This document shows positions 40,553 through 44,760 of a stretch of 44,760 nucleotides of DNA, piece by piece; within the stretch, counting starts at the first letter, position 1, and each line of letters opens with the position of its first letter. A program made the position numbers and the translations under genes. The notes under the pieces were generated by a model. The model was not told the DNA's origin and searched no databases. It saw nothing but the letters and a program-made list of their open reading frames with translations. Source of the stretch: Bigelowiella natans CCMP2755 (lineage: Eukaryota > Protista > Cercozoa); contig ADNK01003215.1 in NCBI GenBank assembly GCA_000320545.1, positions 1 to 44,760 of the forward strand, read 5' to 3'.

Positions 40553-40869
40553 AAAGCAAGTTGCGTTATCCTAGTGAATGTCATGTTCCAATTGAATGTG
40601 CATCCAGGATCAATGATGTCCACGTTGTAGCCCGTCACAGCGCAAACAAATATCCTGTCTACACCACACCAACACAATGCATCTCAGCATCACTACTGTG
40701 TGTTCTTACGGCTATGGGTCGTGGGTCAAGTTGTTTTTGCGCTGAGTGCCACAGTGCACGCACGTACACTCATTGCAAATGATGCACTTTGCATGTACTT
40801 GACATTCCATCTGTGTCCATTGCATCATCTAGTTCGCTCGTATCATCATTTGCGTAGCGTAGCATCAGT

Positions 40870-42070
40870 GAGCCAGTTGCATCCATTGTGGACCCATTCT
40901 TGCAAGAGCATGCCAGCATGCATATTGTGCACACGTTCATCATCAATGTGTGCATTTCATTCGATCGTTTCGAAACACGACCACGGAAGTGACCACGTGC
41001 CGCCGCTCGCCAGCAACACACAGTGATGGACCAAGGACAACGCAACGTGACCCACATGATTGTTTTCCATCATCAACTGGCACAATCATTTCTCCGTGTC
41101 TCCAAGGCTCAGAAGGTAGCAAGCAAGTAGCACCACCTCCTTTGTCTTCTCGTGTGAGCTGCTTTCCACTGCTGCTAATGCGATTCACAATGATGACGGG
41201 GATGATCACATGAGAGCAACAATGACAGTTGTGACAGTGATGGAAAGCTTTTGATTTGTTCATCATGCGATGCATCAGATTCGTCTGATGTGCAATGCAC
41301 GTGAGACGGGTGCAACGAAGTGATCAAATGTTTTCAATGGGCATCCCAATGCAGCTGTTTGCATGGGAATGTGGTTGGTCCAGTGACATCACTGCGTCCA
41401 CAATCTAGCAATGTGCATGCATGCACGCACACGAAACGACATTGCTGCATCCACGATGCAGTCGTTCACGTGCACGCCTGATCGAGTGAACGAGTGAACG
41501 TGCGACGGTCACACGCGCCCCTCCAACAAGTGCATCCGTGCACACCAGAAGCAGAACTCAGATCTTTAAGCAGGACACTCGCTCGGATGTGATTGGGACC
41601 AAGCGCACCAGCACGCTAGCACGTTCTAGCATTGTAGACATGTAATACCATGTATATACTATATATGATATTACTGTGTCTATTATACCACATATGTACT
41701 ACATATGATATTACTGTGTCTATTACTAGCTTTGCAACATTGAACTTCAATGTGTTCGAAAAAGCGCATTTTGATTTGCCTTTTTTCCCCCCCATCAATC
41801 CACGTGCACCCACTTTCTAGCTTTGAACAAGAAACTCTGCATGCATCATTTGGCATGAACCATGCATGAAACTCCTTTCTCATTCCATGTCATGACAGAC
41901 CACTCTAGCACTAGGAACCAAAAACAGAACTCGTTGCGACTCGCATTTGTTTGAGCGCGAATGGTGGTGTGGGCCCGCAAGGACGAGGCAGCTAGGCTCC
42001 CAATCTAGGCTCTTCTAATCCAAGCTGTGCCCTCACCATCTTAGTTGACCAAGGCAAGAGTCGTCATTGC
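40870..42070. other. TpA-depleted intergenic tract D, interrupted by a TA-rich tandem duplication
   Basis: Almost all surviving TA are in CTA/TAG contexts apart from the 41641-41730 island; TG/CA-rich. Confidence 0.85.
41646..41725. repeat. Tandem duplication, 2 x 40 bp, 4 mismatches
   Basis: TACCATGTATATACTATATATGATATTACTGTGTCTATTA followed by TACCACATATGTACTACATATGATATTACTGTGTCTATTA. Confidence 0.95.
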
Positions 42071-42772
42071 CGATACGAAGTTGTGAAAGTCATCCGTCAC
42101 CCACACGCTAGCACGCCGCGTGGACGTCTGGACGTGTGCGCACAAGACTGGCCTTGCACAGCCAGGTTCTTTTCGTGTATTTGTATTGCTGTGCGAGTTC
42201 TTACTCATCCTAGGAACATCATGGATCTATCATCCTGTCATTTGTGGCACCTTGTTCTTCCAGGTCGATGACGAACGTCACACGACCTTTCCTTCCCTAG
42301 ATCTAGAGCCGAACATCGAACAACTCTCTTTCTCTCTCTTCTGGGAGCCGAGCACAAAGTTTTCGTTTCTCATTTAAGACTTCATTCGATCATTGTCGTC
42401 ATGTTAAAAAACCATAAAATTTCACTCATTTGCATCGTATTATTTTTTTTTGGGCCAGTAGGAATGGTCTGGGAAGTTTCTCGCACAATGATGAGAGAAG
42501 AAAGAACATAAGAAAGAAAGATAGAAGTAGGAAATTGAACATCGAAATTCTCTGGGAAAAATCCTGGTAATGCATGACTGACGAAGGATTGTCTGAAGTT
42601 AGTTGTCGCTTCCAACAAAATGTGAGACTTGATGATCTTGTCAAAAATCGCCTGCATTTTTTACTTGATTTGGGGCCCCTGGATGTCGTTCACTCACATT
42701 TCGAATTTCGCGAACTGGCTCCCGAAACACCGCACCGCCCCCCTCCTGCCGTCTCTGGAAAAAATCGTAACA

Positions 42773-43030
42773 ATGAGCTCCCCAGAAGTGAAAGCGAAGA
42801 ATACAAGAGCGATTGCGGCGATGCGCTCCAAGGTATTGTTAGCTTGCTAGTTTTTCCCCCTTGAGCAAGTTTGGGTACGTGGGGTGTGAGTTACGTATCA
42901 GGCCTCACATTCATTGCTTGCCCTTTCCGCTAGGATTACAGCAAAGCTATTGATGCATATACGGATGCTCTTCGATTGGTGAGTGGATATAACGATACAA
43001 ATGGTTGAGAGTTTCTTTCTTTCTCCCTCC

Positions 43031-43087
<57 letters not shown>

Positions 43088-43817
43088 AATCAACATACAA
43101 ATACGATATCGTTAGGAGGGGAATGATGGAAAATACTACCACAAAATCTTATCAAATCGTTCCAATGCATACTTCCGGGATGGGCAGTATAGGTGGTACA
43201 CCTCTGCGTCTAATGCAAATGATACTCGCCTCTTTCCTCTTGCTCCTTTCACGTGTAAGATTACTGACAAAGGAATAAATTCCAGCCCTTACCATAATGT
43301 ACTTTACTCACACTCCGCCCCACCTCTCCTTTTTCCTTGTCGCATTTTCTGCTTCAGATTGGCTCTAAAGGACGCTGAGAGTGCAGTCGATATTGATAGC
43401 AGCTTTTACACTGCACATGTGAGGAAAGCTGATGCGTTAAGGTGCGCTGCTGTCGTGTTAAAATAGTACACCCAAACGATCGTATTCGGGGTACATAAGC
43501 AAAGAGGGGGGTAGGGTGGGAGGGTTAAGGATCATTGTGTGGGTATTCTAATCCATCGAGTATTCCAAACTGATTTTTTAGACTGGGAGAGCACCATGCA
43601 GAATAATAGGGCAATACTCTCTTTGCAGCTTATCAGATGTCATCATGGTGCTAAAATTTTGTTTGAGGCTTTCTAAGTCGCACTGTTCTTTTTTGGCCGA
43701 ACTTGAAAGGGCGTTAAAACGATTTCCAGAAGCTATCAAAGCCTACGATGCAGCCCTGGCGTGCGATACGGTGCAAAAGGTACTAGACAACGGATATGTC
43801 TATTCATTGTGTGTGGA

Positions 43818-43850
<33 letters not shown>

Positions 43851-44433
43851 GTATCTATTTTGTACGCGGGTATATAATGTACCTTACTGGAGCCTCATCT
43901 CCTAGAACATATGATACGCTTAAATCTAAGCCTTTTGCCCTCTGCCCCCCCCCCCCTGGCCCCCCGCAACTTGTTTCCCAGAAAGCCGATATTGAAGCAA
44001 AGAAGAGTGCATGCATAGTAGAAAAAGATGGGGGGGGGTCGTCGTCGTCATCAGCTAATGGATCTTCCTCCTCGACTGACAACAAAGCGTCATCATCATC
44101 GCCGTCGGCTAGACCATCACTTCCACTGAGCGCACAGCTGGAACTTATGCTGCATTTGGTGGTCATCACGACGATTATACTATATGTGGTCAAGACACAG
44201 GCTTATTACTGGTAATTCTTGACTATATTAGCGTGACGGGGTTGATAGTTGAAAGGGGTGCGGCGGTGGATGAAGGGTTTCGAGTAGCTCGTCGTGTTCT
44301 CTCTTTATCACTCCTCCTCTCTCTTCCCTCCTTTACATTGCATCTTTCTCCTGATGGCGTATTGGGTATTATCATCACCACCATCATCATCATCATCATC
44401 ATCATCATCACCATTATATTACCATCATCATAG

Positions 44434-44465
<32 letters not shown>

Positions 44466-44596
44466 CCATCGCTTTAGGTCCATCAAGGCGGGTATCCTGG
44501 TCAATTCCTTGCTTTTGTATGGCTCCTACAACATACAAACGCATTGCGACGCAAACACAGTGGAAGGGGGGGGCACATACGTGACATATGCATATA

Positions 44597-44655
<59 letters not shown>

Positions 44656-44760
44656 ATAATTCGATGTGAGAGGAGAGGAAGATGTCCTCGCTGAGACAGA
44701 GGAGTCTTTCCGCGTAGCGGCGGGGACCACACATTGCTTATAGGGTGAAACCAGAATACA
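42773..44760 (+). CDS. TPR-repeat protein (three TPRs, STI1/SGT-like clamp) followed by a hydrophobic, probably membrane, region; 3' end not found in window
   Basis: MSSPEVKAKNTRAIAAMRSK|DYSKAIDAYTDALRL|EGNDGKYYHKILSNRSNAYFRDGQYR|LALKDAESAVDIDSSFYTAHVRKADALR|ALKRFPEAIKAYDAAL, then a Ser-rich linker and LELMLHLVVITTIILYV. Confidence 0.82.

Noticed and set aside
1-44760. CRISPR arrays, tRNA/rRNA genes, intact transposase or reverse-transcriptase ORFs, alternative genetic code
   Set aside because: No repeat-spacer periodicity, RNA gene signatures or TE catalytic motifs were seen. TAA, TAG and TGA all appear as terminators in the gene models and conserved exons contain no in-frame stops.

Overview
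Eukaryotic nuclear DNA from an intron-dense, microsatellite-rich genome (protist-like; taxon cannot be fixed from this window). Almost all supplied ORFs are artefacts of intronic simple repeats. Manual splicing at GT(GC)-AG junctions gives seven multi-exon genes: (1) a mitochondrial-type CDF metal transporter (minus, runs off the left edge); (2) a ~12-kb gene for a U-box + SAM + coiled-coil protein ending in four copies of an unfamiliar ~125-aa double Tudor/SH3-like module (minus); (3) a low-complexity protein with a BED/C2HC-like zinc finger (plus); (4) Rab11-like GTPase (minus); (5) bromodomain + ET protein (plus); (6) kinesin-4-like motor (plus); (7) a TPR protein with a probable membrane region (plus, probably runs off the right edge). 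The strongest unexplained signal is non-coding. All four spacers lying downstream of a gene 3' end are nearly stripped of TpA except where it sits in CTA/TAG, above all CTAG, and are rich in TG/CA. The two head-to-head promoter spacers are not. A 40-bp tandem duplication inside one tract differs only by TA->TG/CA changes. This suggests a regional, context-specific A:T->G:C ('reverse-RIP'-like) mutator. All counts are by eye and gene models lack transcript support.
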